Of a stretch of 64,000 nt of DNA, positions 62,587 to 64,000 are shown in pieces. Source of the stretch: an uncultured Pelagibacteraceae bacterium (lineage in GTDB: Bacteria; Pseudomonadota; Alphaproteobacteria; Pelagibacterales; Pelagibacteraceae); NCBI GenBank assembly GCA_902541825.1, contig CACBRY010000001.1, positions 31,924 through 95,923 on the forward strand, written 5' to 3'. Each line of letters begins with the position of its first letter. Position 1 is the stretch's first letter. The position numbers and the translations under genes were made by a program. Below the pieces are notes generated by a model that did not search any database, was not told the DNA's origin, and saw only the letters and a program-made list of their open reading frames with translations.

Positions 62587-64000
62587 TGATTAAAGGTAAT
62601 TTTATAGACAATTTACCTAAGGTTTATGGAATCTATACAGGTGGTTTTTTAGCTTTCATAATCATTATGTCAATTGCCGAGCAGATGGGTATGACAGCGA
62701 AAACAATTGGTATTTGTTTCGTTGCCTTCACGGTAGCCATCTATGCTATAATTGGTTATCTATCACGTACAGCTCAAGCTGATGCGTATTACGTAGCTGG
62801 AAGACAAGTACCAACCGTGTTCAACGGAATGGCGACAGCAGCAGACTGGATGTCTGGTGCATCATTCGTTGCAATGGCAGGTGGTATTTACTTTAAGGGT
62901 TACGGTTATATGGCATTACTTGTAGGTTGGACTGGTGGATATGTATTAGTTGCATCACTTTTAGCACCTTACCTAAGAAAATTTGGCTGTTACACAGTTC
63001 CAGATTTTATTGGTACAAGATACGGTGGTAATTTAAGTAGATTTATGGCGGTAGTAGTATTAACTGTTGCTTCATTTACTTACGTGACTGCACAAATTAA
63101 CGCCACAGGTACAATTGCATCTGTTGCACTTGATATTCCATTCCAATACGCTGTATACGTTGGACTTATAAGTATCTTACTTTGTTCAATGCTTGGTGGT
63201 ATGAGAGGGGTAACTTGGACACAGGTAGCTCAATATATCGTACTAATCATAGCTTACTTATTGCCAGTATTCTGGATCAGTAACAAAATGGGTGCGGGTT
63301 TCTTCCCTCACTTCATGTTAGCTGATGAAGTTTCTAGAATAGCTGAATTAGAGGCTCAGTTTGGTTTTGTTAAAAACTCTGCTGAAAATCTAAAAGAAGT
63401 ACCAAAAGGTTTGGCTGGAATAACTAAAGCTCACTCAGCGGTGAACGCAACACCTTGGGCATTTATTTCATTAGCGTTAGCGATGATGATGGGAACAGCT
63501 TCATTGCCTCACGTTATGATGAGATATTTTACTACTCCAAGTGTAAAAGCAGCTAGAAAATCAGTAGGTTGGTCATTATTCTTTATCTTCCTACTTTATT
63601 CTTCTGCTCCAATGTTAGCGACACTATCTAAGTTGTCATTGATTGATCCGTCACTACCAACAGGTATTATCGGTAAATCAATAGCTGAAGTTCAATCGAT
63701 AGATTGGTATCAAAACTGGAACCAAGCAAACTTAATGTTTGTAAGCGACTTTAACGGAAATGGAACTCTAGAATTAAATGAGTTTTTCATGGGTGGTAAA
63801 GCCGTTGTGTTAGCAACTCCAGAAATAGCTGGATTACCATATGTAATCTCAGGTCTGGTTGCTGCTGGAGGTATGGCTGCTGCCATGTCAACAGCTGATG
63901 GTTTGATTTTAGCAATTGCAAACGCAATTTCACACGATGTTTACTATAAGATCATCGATCCAAAAGCTGAGACTGCGAAGAGACTAGTTGTTGCAAGGGT
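62586..64000 (+). CDS. Sodium:solute symporter, ActP/VC_2705-like (3' end outside window)
   Basis: Hand translation MIKGNFIDNLPK...YYVAGR...NGMATAADWMSGASF...GTASLPHVMMRYFT...AAAMSTADGL. Confidence 0.92.
   Translation, partial: MIKGNFIDNLPKVYGIYTGGFLAFIIIMSIAEQMGMTAKTIGICFVAFTVAIYAIIGYLSRTAQADAYYVAGRQVPTVFNGMATAADWMSGASFVAMAGGIYFKGYGYMALLVGWTGGYVLVASLLAPYLRKFGCYTVPDFIGTRYGGNLSRFMAVVVLTVASFTYVTAQINATGTIASVALDIPFQYAVYVGLISILLCSMLGGMRGVTWTQVAQYIVLIIAYLLPVFWISNKMGAGFFPHFMLADEVSRIAELEAQFGFVKNSAENLKEVPKGLAGITKAHSAVNATPWAFISLALAMMMGTASLPHVMMRYFTTPSVKAARKSVGWSLFFIFLLYSSAPMLATLSKLSLIDPSLPTGIIGKSIAEVQSIDWYQNWNQANLMFVSDFNGNGTLELNEFFMGGKAVVLATPEIAGLPYVISGLVAAGGMAAAMSTADGLILAIANAISHDVYYKIIDPKAETAKRLVVAR

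Noticed and set aside
62326-64000. Higher GC of the symporter (and the TRAP binding gene) as horizontal transfer
   Set aside because: Explained by Gly/Ala-rich composition and high-expression codons (TTC, AAC, TAC); no mobility genes

Overview
AT-rich (~30% GC by eye), gene-dense, streamlined alphaproteobacterial chromosome segment. Gene content and protein sequences point to Pelagibacterales (SAR11). In order: TCA block (sucD partial, sucC, mdh, mmsA, sdhBADC), asd, a DMSP demethylation cluster (dmdC-dmdB-alpha/beta hydrolase-dmdA), leuBDC, rplS-trmD-rpsP-ffh with the ffh leader RNA, dapF-ftsY, a ~12 kb cluster for 2-hydroxy/2-oxo-acid uptake and catabolism (TakP-type TRAP, amidase, two tandem FMN hydroxy-acid oxidases, FAD D-lactate DH, aminotransferase), ccmCDEFGH, hspQ-argG, a ~9 kb light/UV-associated accessory region, folD, hemCD, tsaD, acs and a partial ActP-like symporter. 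I saw no rRNA, tRNA, CRISPR array or mobile element. Best leads: (1) a translationally coupled operon of Fe-S-free (6-4) photolyase, DUF2256, a vertebrate-like CRTAC1 propeller and an exported 10-Cys protein, followed by an unannotated ArfA-like ORF and flanked by an inverted-domain photolyase and a Tyr-less SDR; (2) SdhC and SdhD have both lost the heme-b axial histidines; (3) an unannotated structured RNA with an anti-SD loop between hspQ and ccmC; (4) an orphan hydrolase inside the dmd operon; (5) Acs with a polybasic N-terminal tail. All family assignments come from motif recognition and recalled sequences, not database searches.
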